In this document: positions 1-10,740 of the stretch, one piece after another | How the letters are laid out: every line of letters begins with the position of its first letter | Position numbering within the stretch: the stretch's first letter is position 1 | Assembly (NCBI GenBank): GCA_045047115.1 | Contig: JASFYR010000005.1 | Coordinates: 1 to 64,000 of the forward strand | Direction: 5' to 3' | From: Sulfurospirillum sp. | Lineage (GTDB): Bacteria > Campylobacterota > Campylobacteria > Campylobacterales > Sulfurospirillaceae | DNA: 64,000 bases | Notes under the pieces: generated by a model | Told to the model about the DNA's origin: nothing | Database searches by the model: none | What the model saw: only the letters and a program-made list of their open reading frames with translations | Position numbers and translations under genes: made by a program

Positions 1-50
1 AAACTACATTAAATCTGATCTGAAAGTTTCATAAGGTAACAGGCTTAAAG

Positions 51-380
51 GTGAATAAGGAATTTGAAAATGTTGTCTTGACTTTTTGGGGTAGTATACA
101 ATCGCAAGAAGCACATATTCATACAGGAGAAGGTCTGCTTGTAGGAAATGTAGATATAGGTAGTCCAGCAGAAAAAGCAGGCATAAAATTTAAGGATATT
201 TTATTGGAAATTAATGGGCAAAAACTATATGCTATAAATGATATTGCTAAAGCACTGAAAATGAGCAAGTCCCAGAAAAAAAATGTTTCAGTAAAAATAA
301 AAAGAGAAGAGGCTAAAACAACATATATAAAAGACAAAGCCGGAAAAAACAAAAAATATTGGAGAATATTTGGGTCATAA
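51..380 (+). CDS. PDZ-domain-containing ORF, probably a 3' fragment/remnant of a larger gene
   Basis: GLLVGNVDIGSPAEKAGIKFKDILLEING is a typical protease-associated PDZ signature. No clear RBS; in-frame TGA at 21-23 upstream. Confidence 0.5.
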   Translation: MNKEFENVVLTFWGSIQSQEAHIHTGEGLLVGNVDIGSPAEKAGIKFKDILLEINGQKLYAINDIAKALKMSKSQKKNVSVKIKREEAKTTYIKDKAGKNKKYWRIFGS

Positions 381-615
381 AAAACTTAAATATAAGTTTT
401 TAAAAAGTATTTAAAAAAGCAAAAAAGTGTAGCATTGTGTGTTTAAAATTGGCTGTTATCTTAAAACAATAGAACTATGAAAGCCGTATGTAAAGTTTTT
501 CTTTCTCTTTGCTATAAAGTTTCAACTGTTAAAAATTCTTTATTTGCCTATCATTGCAAAAACTATTTATAATTCAATGCTATAATACCTAAATTTTAAA
601 ATTAAAAGAAAACAT

Positions 616-1437
616 ATGAACAGTTGGCAACATATTTACGAACATTTTGATCCGGTGGCTTTTTCTCTTGGCAGTATTAGTGTGCATTGGTATGGCATAA
701 TGTATGTATTGGCGCTTCTTAGTGCACTTTTTATGGCGAAATATTTTGCCAAAAAAGATAAACTTGGTATCAGCGATAAGGAGCTGGATAATTACTTTGT
801 TTGGGTTGAGATTGGTGTGATTTTAGGTGCAAGATTTGGATATATACTTTTTTACGATCCACATACTGCTTACTATTTTACGCATCCTTGGCAGATTTTC
901 AACCCTTTTATGGACGGAGTGTTTGTGGGCATCAGTGGTATGAGCTATCATGGCGCGCTTGTAGGATTTTTATTGGGAACCTGGCTGTTTGGCAAAAAGT
1001 ACAAGGTAAACGTCCTGAAACTACTCGACTTGGTAGCTTTAAGTGTGCCTTTGGGTTATGTTTTTGGCAGAATCGGTAATTTTTTAAATAAAGGTTTGAT
1101 AGGCAGAGAGACAGATGTCCCCTGGGGAATCTATGTTGATGGCATTTTGAGGCACCCCTCTCAACTCTATGAAGCATTTCTTGAAGGCATTGTTGTTTTT
1201 GCAATCCTCTACATGTATAGGAGAAAAAAAAGATTTGATGGTGAGTTGATAGCATTGTACGGATTGCTCTATTCTATAGCTAGATTTATAGCGGAATTTT
1301 ACAGAAAGCCCGATTTTCAAATGGGTTTTATATTTGACGGATGGATGACAATGGGGCAAGTTCTTTCTATCGCTATGGCATTTGCATCTGCAGGATTGTA
1401 TTTGTATCTTATGAAAAAGAACAGAAAGGCTATTTAA
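616..1437 (+). CDS. lgt: Prolipoprotein diacylglyceryl transferase
   Basis: [27 protein letters not shown] motifs; multi-TM. Confidence 0.97.
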   Translation: MNSWQHIYEHFDPVAFSLGSISVHWYGIMYVLALLSALFMAKYFAKKDKLGISDKELDNYFVWVEIGVILGARFGYILFYDPHTAYYFTHPWQIFNPFMDGVFVGISGMSYHGALVGFLLGTWLFGKKYKVNVLKLLDLVALSVPLGYVFGRIGNFLNKGLIGRETDVPWGIYVDGILRHPSQLYEAFLEGIVVFAILYMYRRKKRFDGELIALYGLLYSIARFIAEFYRKPDFQMGFIFDGWMTMGQVLSIAMAFASAGLYLYLMKKNRKAI

Positions 1438-1644
1438 AATCTTACTCTAAAATCTCAGATACTTAAAATATCCTTTGATATATAACTTAAAATTTCTTTT
1501 AATTAACTAAATATGTAAGCAAATTACATAATTTCACTTTAATAATAAAAGGTGTAATATTATGGAAAATTACAAGTCGATTTAACACTTTTGTGGTGCT
1601 TGCAAGATGATATACAGTGTTGGATTGGCAAAAAAGGATTAAGC

Positions 1645-2499
1645 GTGAGTAACCTTATCGAAGGCTTTTTGGGTAAGTCGGTAGAGGGCAGAAAGAGCAG
1701 AATGCCAGCCAAGCTTGACTATTGGCAAAGTGCAACTGGACTGTTTTTGGCTCTTTTTATGTGGGGACATATGTTTTTTGTCTCATCTATCTTGGTTAGC
1801 AAGGATTTTATGTATAGTGTTACTAAGATGTTTGAGGGTGTTTCATTTATAAAAGGAGGCAATCCTTTTTTGGTATCTATAGCAGTTGCTATCGTGATTA
1901 CTGTCATTGTCATTCATGCGGGGCTTGCTATGAGGAAATTTCCTGCAAACTATAGGCAATATCAAACTTTTAAAACTCATATGGGTATGATGAAACATGA
2001 AGATACAACACTTTGGTTTATCCAGGTGTTTACGGGTTTTGCTATGTTCTTCTTGGCTTCAGCGCATGTTTTTATAATGCTAACAAAACCGGAAACAATA
2101 GGACCATACGGTTCATCAGACAGAATGGTTAGCGGATGGATGTGGCCTATATATATTTTACTTCTTTTAGCAGTTGAGTTTCATGGAAGTATCGGTCTGT
2201 ATAGATTATGTGTCAAATGGGGATGGTTTGAGGGAAAAGATGCAAAAGTAACCAGAGTAAAATTAAAAAAACTCAAATGGGCAATTACTGTTTTCTTTCT
2301 TGTACTTGGTTTTGCTACACTTGCTGCTTATGTTAAAATAGGACTTGCGCACAGAGATCAAGTAGGACAAAGATACGAACCAACAGCAATGATGATAAAA
2401 GAGATGAATTTGCATAAAATAGAGAATACAGAAATTTCGTTTCGTGCAATAGCCGCGATAAATTTTTCTGGAATTCACTTCCAGAAAAAGGGGGCATAA
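1645..2499 (+). CDS. frdC: Quinol:fumarate reductase diheme cytochrome b subunit
   Basis: [18 protein letters not shown]-terminus, four heme-ligand His (WGHM, VIHA, SAHV, VEFHG). Start moved to GTG 1645 after AAGGA RBS. Carries a ~31-aa C-terminal extension (see findings). Confidence 0.95.
   Translation: MSNLIEGFLGKSVEGRKSRMPAKLDYWQSATGLFLALFMWGHMFFVSSILVSKDFMYSVTKMFEGVSFIKGGNPFLVSIAVAIVITVIVIHAGLAMRKFPANYRQYQTFKTHMGMMKHEDTTLWFIQVFTGFAMFFLASAHVFIMLTKPETIGPYGSSDRMVSGWMWPIYILLLLAVEFHGSIGLYRLCVKWGWFEGKDAKVTRVKLKKLKWAITVFFLVLGFATLAAYVKIGLAHRDQVGQRYEPTAMMIKEMNLHKIENTEISFRAIAAINFSGIHFQKKGA
2404..2499 (+). repeat. Structured junction element, copy A (in frame with the frdC 3' end)
   Basis: Similar to 45921-46028 in DNA and peptide; hairpin TTTTTCTGGAA-TTCAC-TTCCAGAAAAA at 2463-2489 followed by GGGGG RBS. 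Confidence 0.8.
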
Positions 2500-2500
2500 A

Positions 2501-4480
2501 ATGAATGTAATATATTGTGATGCACTAGTAATTGGTGGCGGATTGGCAGGTTTAAGAGCTGCAGTTGAGGCTAGAACCAGGGGTTTGAGCACAGTAGTTT
2601 TGAGTCTTATTCCGGTAAAAAGATCTCATTCGGCAGCTGCACAAGGAGGCATGCAAGCGAGTCTTGGTAACTCAAAGATGGGAAGAGGCGACAATGAAGA
2701 TGTCCACTTTTCTGATACCGTAAAAGGAAGTGATTGGGGTTGTGACCAAGAAGTAGCAAGAATGTTTGTTACTACTGCCCCAAAAGCTATTCGTCAATTG
2801 GCAGGTTGGGGAGTCCCATGGACAAGAATTAAGAAAGGACCAAGAGAAGTAGTTATAAATGCACAAAGAACAACCATAACAGAAGATGCAGAGACACACG
2901 GATACATCCAGTCTCGTGACTTTGGCGGTACTAAAAAATGGAGAACATGTTTTACTTCTGATGCAACAGGACATACAATGCTTTATGCCGTGGCAAATGA
3001 AGCATTAAAAAGAGATATAGATATCAGAGACAGGAAAGAGGCTGTTTCTTTGATTGTAGAAAATGAGCAATGTTATGGCGCAGTGGTCAGGGATTTGATT
3101 ACAGGCGAACTTGAAGCTTATGTTTCAAAAGGTACTTTGATAGCAACCGGAGGATATGGAAGGATATACAGACAAACAACAAATGCTGTAGTTTGTGAGG
3201 GAACAGGAGCTGCTATAGCACTTGAAACAGGAGTTGCAAAACTTGGAAATATGGAAGCAGTACAGTTTCACCCGACTCCGATAGTGCCTTCTGGTATCTT
3301 GTTGACTGAGGGGTGTCGTGGAGATGGTGGTATTCTAAGAGATGTTGATGGACACAGATTTATGCCAGACTATGAGCCGGAGAAAAAAGAGTTGGCAAGT
3401 CGTGATGTTGTCAGTCGTCGTATGATGGAGCACATAAGAAACGGCAAAGGCGTGCACTCACCTTATGGTGATCATTTGTGGCTTGATATCTCTATCTTGG
3501 GTCGTGAACATATAGAGAAAAATCTAAGAGATGTACAAGAGATATGTATGACATTTAATGGAATCGATCCAGCAGATGAAGGTCCAAAAGGTTGGGCCCC
3601 GGTACTTCCTATGCAGCACTACTCAATGGGTGGTATAAGAACCAAGCCTACCGGAGAGTCTCCTACACTAAAAGGCCTTTTTAGCTGCGGTGAAGCTGCT
3701 TGTTGGGATCTTCATGGGTTCAACAGACTTGGCGGAAACTCTGTCAGTGAAACAGTTGTTTCAGGCATGATCGTTGGAGACTATTTTGCTCAACACTGTG
3801 TAGATACAGACATAAATATCAATACAAAAACAGTTGAAGATGCACTTGAAAAAGAAAAAAAATACATAAATTCTCTGCTTGAAAATGATGGAAAGAACAA
3901 TATTTTTGAGATAAAACTTGAGATGAAAGATGTCATGTGGGACAAAGTTGCAATCTTCCGTGATGGAAAAAATTTGGCTCAAGCTATCGAAAAACTTGAA
4001 GAGTTATATAAAAAATCTCTTGATGTTCATGTCAAATCCAAGACACATGCGGGGAATCCTGAACTAGAAGAGGCTTATAGAGTTCCAAAGATGCTTAAAC
4101 TTGCTCTTTGTGTGGCAATTGGCGCAAGAGATAGAACAGAGAGCAGAGGAGCCCATTATAGGGAAGATTACCTAAAAAGAGATGATGCGCATTGGCTCAA
4201 AAGAACTTTGGCCAGCTGGAAAGAGGGTGCTACCCTGCCTACTATAGAATATGAAGATTTAGACATCATGCATATGGAGATGCCACCGGCATTTAGGGGC
4301 TATGGAAGAAAAGGTATGATTATCGAAAATGAGGAAAGTATCAAAAGACAAGAAGAGGTCGATAAGATAAGAGAAGAGATGGAGGCAGCTGGCAAAGATA
4401 GATTTGAGATTCAATCTGCCTTGATGGACTTCGAGCTTCAACCTTATTTTAAGGCAAAAAATGAAAGATTTGGAGAATAA
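2501..4480 (+). CDS. frdA: Fumarate reductase flavoprotein subunit
   Basis: GGGLAG FAD motif, [10 protein letters not shown] covalent-FAD His, [22 protein letters not shown]. Confidence 0.98.
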   Translation: MNVIYCDALVIGGGLAGLRAAVEARTRGLSTVVLSLIPVKRSHSAAAQGGMQASLGNSKMGRGDNEDVHFSDTVKGSDWGCDQEVARMFVTTAPKAIRQLAGWGVPWTRIKKGPREVVINAQRTTITEDAETHGYIQSRDFGGTKKWRTCFTSDATGHTMLYAVANEALKRDIDIRDRKEAVSLIVENEQCYGAVVRDLITGELEAYVSKGTLIATGGYGRIYRQTTNAVVCEGTGAAIALETGVAKLGNMEAVQFHPTPIVPSGILLTEGCRGDGGILRDVDGHRFMPDYEPEKKELASRDVVSRRMMEHIRNGKGVHSPYGDHLWLDISILGREHIEKNLRDVQEICMTFNGIDPADEGPKGWAPVLPMQHYSMGGIRTKPTGESPTLKGLFSCGEAACWDLHGFNRLGGNSVSETVVSGMIVGDYFAQHCVDTDININTKTVEDALEKEKKYINSLLENDGKNNIFEIKLEMKDVMWDKVAIFRDGKNLAQAIEKLEELYKKSLDVHVKSKTHAGNPELEEAYRVPKMLKLALCVAIGARDRTESRGAHYREDYLKRDDAHWLKRTLASWKEGATLPTIEYEDLDIMHMEMPPAFRGYGRKGMIIENEESIKRQEEVDKIREEMEAAGKDRFEIQSALMDFELQPYFKAKNERFGE

Positions 4481-4481
4481 A

Positions 4482-5201
4482 ATGGGACGAATGATAACTA
4501 TAAAAGCATTTAAATACAATCCAAACTCAAAAGTATCCAAAGCTCACTTTGCTAAGTATGAGCTTGAAGAGACAGACGGTATGACTCTGTTTGTTGCACT
4601 TTCAAAGATAAGAGAAGAGATGGATCATGATCTCTCTTTTGATTTTGTTTGTCGTGCCGGTATTTGTGGAAGTTGTGGCATGATGGTAAACGGAGTTCCA
4701 AAACTTGCTTGTCGTACTTTGACAAAAGATTATGAAGATGGCGTAATTCAGCTGATGCCTATGCCGGCATTTAAACTCATCAAAGACCTCTCTGTAAATA
4801 CAGGGGAGTGGATGGAAGGCATGAGTAAGAGGGTTGAGAGTTGGATTCATACAAATGAAGAACCAGATTTTAGCAAGCTTGAGCGTCCTATCGAGCCGGA
4901 TGTTGCTGATGCTGTATTTGAGATAGATAGATGTGTTGAGTGTGGTATTTGCGTGGCAGCTTGCGGAACAAAACTTATGAGACCTGATTTTGTAGGTGCG
5001 GTAGGATTGAACAGAGTCGCAAGATTTGAAGCTGACCCACAAGACAACAGAACAGATGAAGACTTTTATGAATTGGTTGGTGACGATAATGGCGTGTTTG
5101 GCTGTATGAGCTTGTTGGCTTGTGAAGACAACTGTCCAAAGCACTTGCCACTTCAGAGTAAAATTGCTTATATGCGCAGAAAGCTGGTAGCCTTGCGTTA
5201 A
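4482..5201 (+). CDS. frdB: Fumarate reductase iron-sulfur subunit
   Basis: [32 protein letters not shown]e-S motifs; start taken at ATG 4482 after GGAG. Confidence 0.97.
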   Translation: MGRMITIKAFKYNPNSKVSKAHFAKYELEETDGMTLFVALSKIREEMDHDLSFDFVCRAGICGSCGMMVNGVPKLACRTLTKDYEDGVIQLMPMPAFKLIKDLSVNTGEWMEGMSKRVESWIHTNEEPDFSKLERPIEPDVADAVFEIDRCVECGICVAACGTKLMRPDFVGAVGLNRVARFEADPQDNRTDEDFYELVGDDNGVFGCMSLLACEDNCPKHLPLQSKIAYMRRKLVALR

Positions 5202-5226
5202 ATTACTTGGTGAAATAGTAAAATCC

Positions 5227-5263
5227 TTTGGGAGCAAATTTTTGCTCCCAAAATCTTCTTTTT
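5227..5263 (+). terminator. Rho-independent terminator of frdCAB
   Basis: TTTGGGAGCAAA/TTTGCTCCCAAA inverted repeat followed by a T-rich tract. Confidence 0.75.
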
Positions 5264-5316
5264 CTTAGTATAATTACCTAAATAATATCTCTGATAATTA
5301 TAATATAGGCGGATAT

Positions 5317-7689
5317 GTGCATATACAAAAAGATTTTTTTCTCTTGGGTTGGGGCGAAGATAGTGACTCCATTGAAGAGCTTCCTGTTGAATTTAGTGAA
5401 AAAATAGATAAAACATTTATTGATAATTATGAAGAGTTTTGTGATGCTTGCTCTATACTTTTTATCATAAATAGTGAAAATTTTGAAAAAATAGTACAAA
5501 TTAGAGAGTTTAAGTCTATATTTGATGGACTCTTTAGTGGTAAAACTATAGAAAAATGTCTAATTTTGCAAACACAAAAAAAAGTTTTGCAGTTTATAGT
5601 TAAACTCGGTAATTTGGAATTAAACTCAACTCTTAAAACAAACTTTGAAGTTTTGAGAAAAGAGGGGATTATCACTTATTATATAAGCAGAAGACTGATA
5701 GGGCTTTTTGCTCTTATAAAAAAAAGAGAGATAGCAAAAGAACAGATTCATCTTGAAGTTGCAACGCAGGATAAAAATTTCTATAAAAATTCTCTCAATT
5801 TACTTGAAACCTCTATATCAAATCTATCCTCTATTCTAGAAGTTAAAACGCTAAAACAAAAACTAGATATGGTAGAAAAAAAACTAAAATCAGAAAAATT
5901 TTCAATCGGAGTTACAGGTGTTATTAATGCAGGAAAATCTACTCTTTTAAATGCGCTTTTAAAAGAGGAGATACTTGGAACTTCAGTCATACCTGAAACT
6001 GCAAATCTAAGCATACTAAAATACTCAAAAGATAGATATGCAAAGGTAAATTTTTGGAGTAAAGCAGAATTTGCTAGGATAGAAAAGAGCGCAAAAGAGT
6101 TAAAAAGTATAGAGAAATTTATCAAAGAGACGAAGAGTCATTTTGGCAAGTCTTTAGATAAGTATGTACAAGAAGAGAGTAGAAGCCAAAAAGTAAATAT
6201 GGAAGATTTAAGTCTATATACTTCTGCCGGGAAATCGGATATGAAATGCAATCTTGTAAAAAGCGTAGAGATATACAGCGAACTTGAGTTTTTGAAAGAC
6301 GGTGTTGAGATAGTAGATACTCCGGGACTTGATGATCCTATAATCCAAAGAGAAGAGATAACCCGTGAATATGTAAGTGAATGTGATTTGATGATGCATT
6401 TGATGAGTGTAAATCAATCAGCTACACAAAAAGATGTTGATTTTATCATAGATTCAATTATATATCAAAATATATCAAGACTTCTTGTTGTTATAACAAG
6501 AATAGACACAGTTACGCAAGAGGAGCTAGACGAGGTTATATCTTATACTAAGAAAAGTATCAAAAACAGGCTAAAAGAACAAAACAAATCATATAAATTT
6601 GACTCAATAATCAAAAAGATAGAGTTTATTCCGGTTTCAGGCAAGATGGCACTTTTTCTAAAAACGGGACAAGAAGAATTGGCACAAAAGAATGGTTATG
6701 ATTTGGAAAAAAGCGGAATTTTAAATATTGAGCGTTATCTAAGAAGGATGCTATTTGGTCCACTTAGTCAAAAAGTAAATCTAATAATACAGGGCAATAA
6801 AAATGAACTTCTGTCTATCATTGAGGCGAGCAGAAAGATTTTTGAAGAAGAAGAGTTGCTTTTGGGAAAATCAAATCTTGAGATAAAAGAGGAGTATAAG
6901 CGTTACCTGATACAAAAAGACGAGATGGTGAAAGTACTTTATGAAGTCAAAAAGATGATAAACAGACAAGAGATTGAACTAAGAGAGTATTTTAAGACTC
7001 TTCATAAATACTTGCATGAAAAACTAATTGTGATAAAAAATATCACCAAAACCAGAATTATAGACGATGTTTCATATGGAATGAGAAAAAATAAAAAAAT
7101 CCCCAAAAAAGAGAGAATTGACTATATGGTTGAGACTGCTTTGAAGGATGGATTGATTGATTTGATTAGAGAATATAGATATGAGTTCCAAAAGAGGATG
7201 AAAAACTCATTTGATATATTGACAAGGGCATTAAGATTTGATTTTGAGGGAGGAGAAAATCTAATTTTTGATTCCAGGGAGTTTTTTGAGAGAAATTTTA
7301 AGACACTTAAAATTTTCCAAAACAGATCAGTTTTGCTTGCAAAGATATACGAAATAATAACCCGGCATGCAAAAAAATCACCCCAAAAACTTGAAATGCT
7401 TATGGATGAACTATTGCAAAAAAACTTTGATGATCTTTGGGAATTGCTTGCTAAAAAGATAGAAAAAACTGACATTGAACTGCTAGATAACTTTATCGAG
7501 ATAAACAAAATAAGAGTTTTAGATATAGAAAATGATATGCTAGCAAAGGAGAATTTATTACAAAGCAGTATGAGGATTATAAAAAATTCTTTTGTAAGTA
7601 AAGAGCAGAGAGAGGTGGAAATAGCTACTAAAAAAGAGGCTCTAAGTGTCATCAAAGATGATTTAAAGGTGTTAAATGAGTCTATTTAA
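5317..7689 (+). CDS. Bacterial dynamin-like GTPase (DLP1-type)
   Basis: G1 GVINAGKS, PET, DTPG, TRID motifs plus long helical stalk; same position after frdCAB as the Campylobacter DLP pair. Confidence 0.88.
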   Translation: MHIQKDFFLLGWGEDSDSIEELPVEFSEKIDKTFIDNYEEFCDACSILFIINSENFEKIVQIREFKSIFDGLFSGKTIEKCLILQTQKKVLQFIVKLGNLELNSTLKTNFEVLRKEGIITYYISRRLIGLFALIKKREIAKEQIHLEVATQDKNFYKNSLNLLETSISNLSSILEVKTLKQKLDMVEKKLKSEKFSIGVTGVINAGKSTLLNALLKEEILGTSVIPETANLSILKYSKDRYAKVNFWSKAEFARIEKSAKELKSIEKFIKETKSHFGKSLDKYVQEESRSQKVNMEDLSLYTSAGKSDMKCNLVKSVEIYSELEFLKDGVEIVDTPGLDDPIIQREEITREYVSECDLMMHLMSVNQSATQKDVDFIIDSIIYQNISRLLVVITRIDTVTQEELDEVISYTKKSIKNRLKEQNKSYKFDSIIKKIEFIPVSGKMALFLKTGQEELAQKNGYDLEKSGILNIERYLRRMLFGPLSQKVNLIIQGNKNELLSIIEASRKIFEEEELLLGKSNLEIKEEYKRYLIQKDEMVKVLYEVKKMINRQEIELREYFKTLHKYLHEKLIVIKNITKTRIIDDVSYGMRKNKKIPKKERIDYMVETALKDGLIDLIREYRYEFQKRMKNSFDILTRALRFDFEGGENLIFDSREFFERNFKTLKIFQNRSVLLAKIYEIITRHAKKSPQKLEMLMDELLQKNFDDLWELLAKKIEKTDIELLDNFIEINKIRVLDIENDMLAKENLLQSSMRIIKNSFVSKEQREVEIATKKEALSVIKDDLKVLNESI

Positions 7690-9700
7690 AAATTTTATAA
7701 ACTCTTATAAACAAAAGTATATAAATCTGGCACCAAAATTTGATGAGAGTCTTTTGGGTTTGCTTGACAAGGTAGAACATACTCTGCTTGATGACAGACT
7801 CTCCCCGTCTTTTCCACTTGTCCAAGCTTTGGATAAGTTAAAAATAAGAGCAAAAGAGCCTATGAAAGTTGCCATAACAGGACAATTTTCAAGTGGAAAA
7901 TCAACATTTTTAAATGCCTTGATGGCTAAAAACATACTTCCAACCGGTATCATTCCAGTGACTTCAAAAGTGAATTATATCAGATATGGTGATGAGTTAA
8001 AAGTAAGAGTAAGATACAAAGACGGAAGAGATGAGTATCATGATATCGAGGATATAAATAAATTTACAGATCAGAGAAATGGGGCGGAAGATATAGATTA
8101 TCTGACGCTTTACTCTCCTTTAAATATGCTCAAAGATATAGTTTTTGTCGATACTCCCGGATTAAACTCTTTGGCTCATATTGATACGCAAACTACTACC
8201 AAAGCTTTAAATGAGGTTGATGGCATAATATGGCTGACTCTGATAGACAATGCAGGCAAAATGAGTGAAGAGAGAGTTTTGCAAAGATACCTCTCTTTGT
8301 ATAAAAACAAATCTTTATGTGTGCTAAATCAAAAAGATAAATTTAGCCAGGAGGAGATTGATAAAAGTGTTGCTTATATTAAAGAGAATTTTTCACAATA
8401 TTTTAGTGAAGTAGTACCAATATCGGCAAAAGAAGCGCTAAAATCAAGAAGCAGCGACAAGATAGTACAAATGAATGAAGCTTTAGAAGAGTTTTTAAAG
8501 ACTCTACATATAGAGCTTGAAAAAAATCTCCAGTCTGACAATCAAGAATTGATACAAGAGGTTTATAGTGAGTATCGCAAGAAGATAAAAGAGATTGAAA
8601 ATAGTGATTTAAGTAAAAATATCGACTTAGCTAAGAGCTCAAATATAGATAAAGTCATAAACTTTATAAAAAAAGAGATTCAGCCACTCTCGATTGATTC
8701 CAAAGAGTATGCCATAAAAAAAGAGACAAATAACATATGCCAAAAAACCATAGCTCAATATGAGACTTTTTTAAAAGTGTATGATGAGCTAAAAGAAGAG
8801 GTTTTAAAGTTTGATTCTTTGTTTCTTGAGCAGTTTGGAAGCGCCAAAAAAGAGTTTGCACTCGAGCTTAAAAGGGCGTATAGCGATATAAAAGAGATAA
8901 TCAATATTATAGCTACTGAAATTTATAACCAAATTCTAACAGTAAAAAAATCCAGATATATGCAGGAGAAGAGGGGAATTTTACATAAAACCGACAGATA
9001 TACAAAAGTTGAGTATGAAGCACCAAGTATAAATGCAGACGAAGCGTATAAAAAACTATTTTATGAAGAAAATTTGGTTGGTAAAATGTTCAAAAAGTAT
9101 GTAAAAACTTTAAGTAAAATAGAGACAAAAGTAAATAATACAAATATGCAAATCTACAAAAATTTTCAAGAAGAGATATATATGTGGCAGAGCCCATATA
9201 GTATTTTGAGAAAAAAAGATAAGATACATTCAGATATAGAATTTGCAAATATAAGAAAATTCGCAGCCCGTGTTTATGAGCATATACTGAAACCATACAA
9301 TGACGAAATGTTAAAATCAAGAGCACATGTGAGTTCGGGCTTTAAGCATATCTCGAGTGCCATAGAGTTTAACTATCAAAATGCCACAGGTGTCTGTATA
9401 GCATTTTTAAACAACAAAATGGAAGAGTTTGCAAGACTGTATGAGCAAAATCCAGCAAGGTTTTCACTCTATCATCCAACTCTCGAAGATATAAAAAACA
9501 GGCTAAATGAGAGTTTTTTTATCTATAAATTAGAGAACTTGATGGATAAAAACAGGACTTTTTTAAGTGCTGATTATGATAGGATAATAAAGACTTTTCA
9601 AGGCATCAAGGAGGAGAAGATAGATTTTATAGATAAGACCAAAAAAAGACACGAAAATATAATAAAACTTTTAAAAGAGTGCCAAAAAGAGCTTATTTAG
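7676..9700 (+). CDS. Bacterial dynamin-like GTPase (DLP2-type)
   Basis: GQFSSGKS, PVT, DTPG, NQKD motifs; overlaps upstream DLP. Confidence 0.88.
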   Translation: MSLFKNFINSYKQKYINLAPKFDESLLGLLDKVEHTLLDDRLSPSFPLVQALDKLKIRAKEPMKVAITGQFSSGKSTFLNALMAKNILPTGIIPVTSKVNYIRYGDELKVRVRYKDGRDEYHDIEDINKFTDQRNGAEDIDYLTLYSPLNMLKDIVFVDTPGLNSLAHIDTQTTTKALNEVDGIIWLTLIDNAGKMSEERVLQRYLSLYKNKSLCVLNQKDKFSQEEIDKSVAYIKENFSQYFSEVVPISAKEALKSRSSDKIVQMNEALEEFLKTLHIELEKNLQSDNQELIQEVYSEYRKKIKEIENSDLSKNIDLAKSSNIDKVINFIKKEIQPLSIDSKEYAIKKETNNICQKTIAQYETFLKVYDELKEEVLKFDSLFLEQFGSAKKEFALELKRAYSDIKEIINIIATEIYNQILTVKKSRYMQEKRGILHKTDRYTKVEYEAPSINADEAYKKLFYEENLVGKMFKKYVKTLSKIETKVNNTNMQIYKNFQEEIYMWQSPYSILRKKDKIHSDIEFANIRKFAARVYEHILKPYNDEMLKSRAHVSSGFKHISSAIEFNYQNATGVCIAFLNNKMEEFARLYEQNPARFSLYHPTLEDIKNRLNESFFIYKLENLMDKNRTFLSADYDRIIKTFQGIKEEKIDFIDKTKKRHENIIKLLKECQKELI

Positions 9701-10740
9701 ATATCTAACCCCTTCTCTTTTATCGACTTAAACATGGTCATTAGAGATATAAACAAAGTTGTGATGGCAGGACCCAGTATCATTCCCCAAAAGCCAAAAG
9801 TTGTCAAGCCTGCCAGGATTGCAAAAAATATCAGCATTTCATTTGTCGTGGCTTTTACATTTGATAGTTTGGAGTTTATAAATTTGATAATTAACGGCTT
9901 TATAAAGGTGTCTGCAATTATAGATATAACTATGATAGAATAAAGTGCTATTACTATACCTTCGGTATAGTTTCCGTTTGCAAAAGCATAAGCACTCAAA
10001 GGGACCCACATAAGAGCTCCACCTACTATAGGAATCAAGGAGGCAAAGCCATAAAATATACCAAAAAGCAAACCATTGTATCCAAAAGACATGCTTATGA
10101 CAGCAAACAGTGCTCCTTCAAATATTGCAGTCGTAAGGATGGAATAAAACACTACACTCATTACATTTGAGACTTGAGAAAAAATTATATCTATTTCACT
10201 ATCTTTCATAGGTAGCAAAGTCCTAAAATAGCTATTAAGTTCTTTGGCATTTAGAGTGACAAAAAAGAAAAAGACAAGAATTAAGAACATATCTTTTAAA
10301 AAGTTTGCACTATTTCTTCCTATAGCGCCAAGATACGAGAGTGCCGTTTTTGTTATCTCTGTTAAATTCAAACTTTTTATAAAACCATCCAAATCACCCT
10401 GTAAAAAAGAGAGTGCATGAGGGAGTTTGGGATTGATGCTTTTTATGTAGTTTATAGTCTCATCAACCCATGTAATATCAAATTTATTTATCACTTCACC
10501 AGCCGAGGTTATTATGTATATAATTGGTGCAAAAAAGAGCACAAAAAGGAGAAGTGTTGAAACTATGGCTGCAAGTGTTTTATTTTTGAGGTATTTTCTA
10601 AGATATATATTTATGTTGTATGTTGCTATGCAAAGTAATGTTGCTGCCGCTATAACAATCAAAAAAGGTTCATACAGTTTTATAACCCAGTACAGCACAA
10701 CCAAAAAAAATGCTATCAAAAAACTTCTCTGCGTATTCAT
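9697..10740 (-). CDS. AI-2E family membrane transporter
   Basis: Multi-TM with IPIVGG and [14 protein letters not shown] motifs; coupled to ruvB. Confidence 0.88.
   Translation of the reverse strand: MNTQRSFLIAFFLVVLYWVIKLYEPFLIVIAAATLLCIATYNINIYLRKYLKNKTLAAIVSTLLLFVLFFAPIIYIITSAGEVINKFDITWVDETINYIKSINPKLPHALSFLQGDLDGFIKSLNLTEITKTALSYLGAIGRNSANFLKDMFLILVFFFFVTLNAKELNSYFRTLLPMKDSEIDIIFSQVSNVMSVVFYSILTTAIFEGALFAVISMSFGYNGLLFGIFYGFASLIPIVGGALMWVPLSAYAFANGNYTEGIVIALYSIIVISIIADTFIKPLIIKFINSKLSNVKATTNEMLIFFAILAGLTTFGFWGMILGPAITTLFISLMTMFKSIKEKGLDI

Noticed and set aside
21..23. In-frame TGA as selenocysteine
   Set aside because: No SECIS-like hairpin downstream and no redox motif context.
4602..5237. 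211-aa antisense ORF and many other shadow ORFs (e.g. 7122-7655, 11781-12356, 14946-15473, 57287-57787)
   Set aside because: Antisense to well-supported genes with no recognisable motifs or RBS; expected from codon bias.
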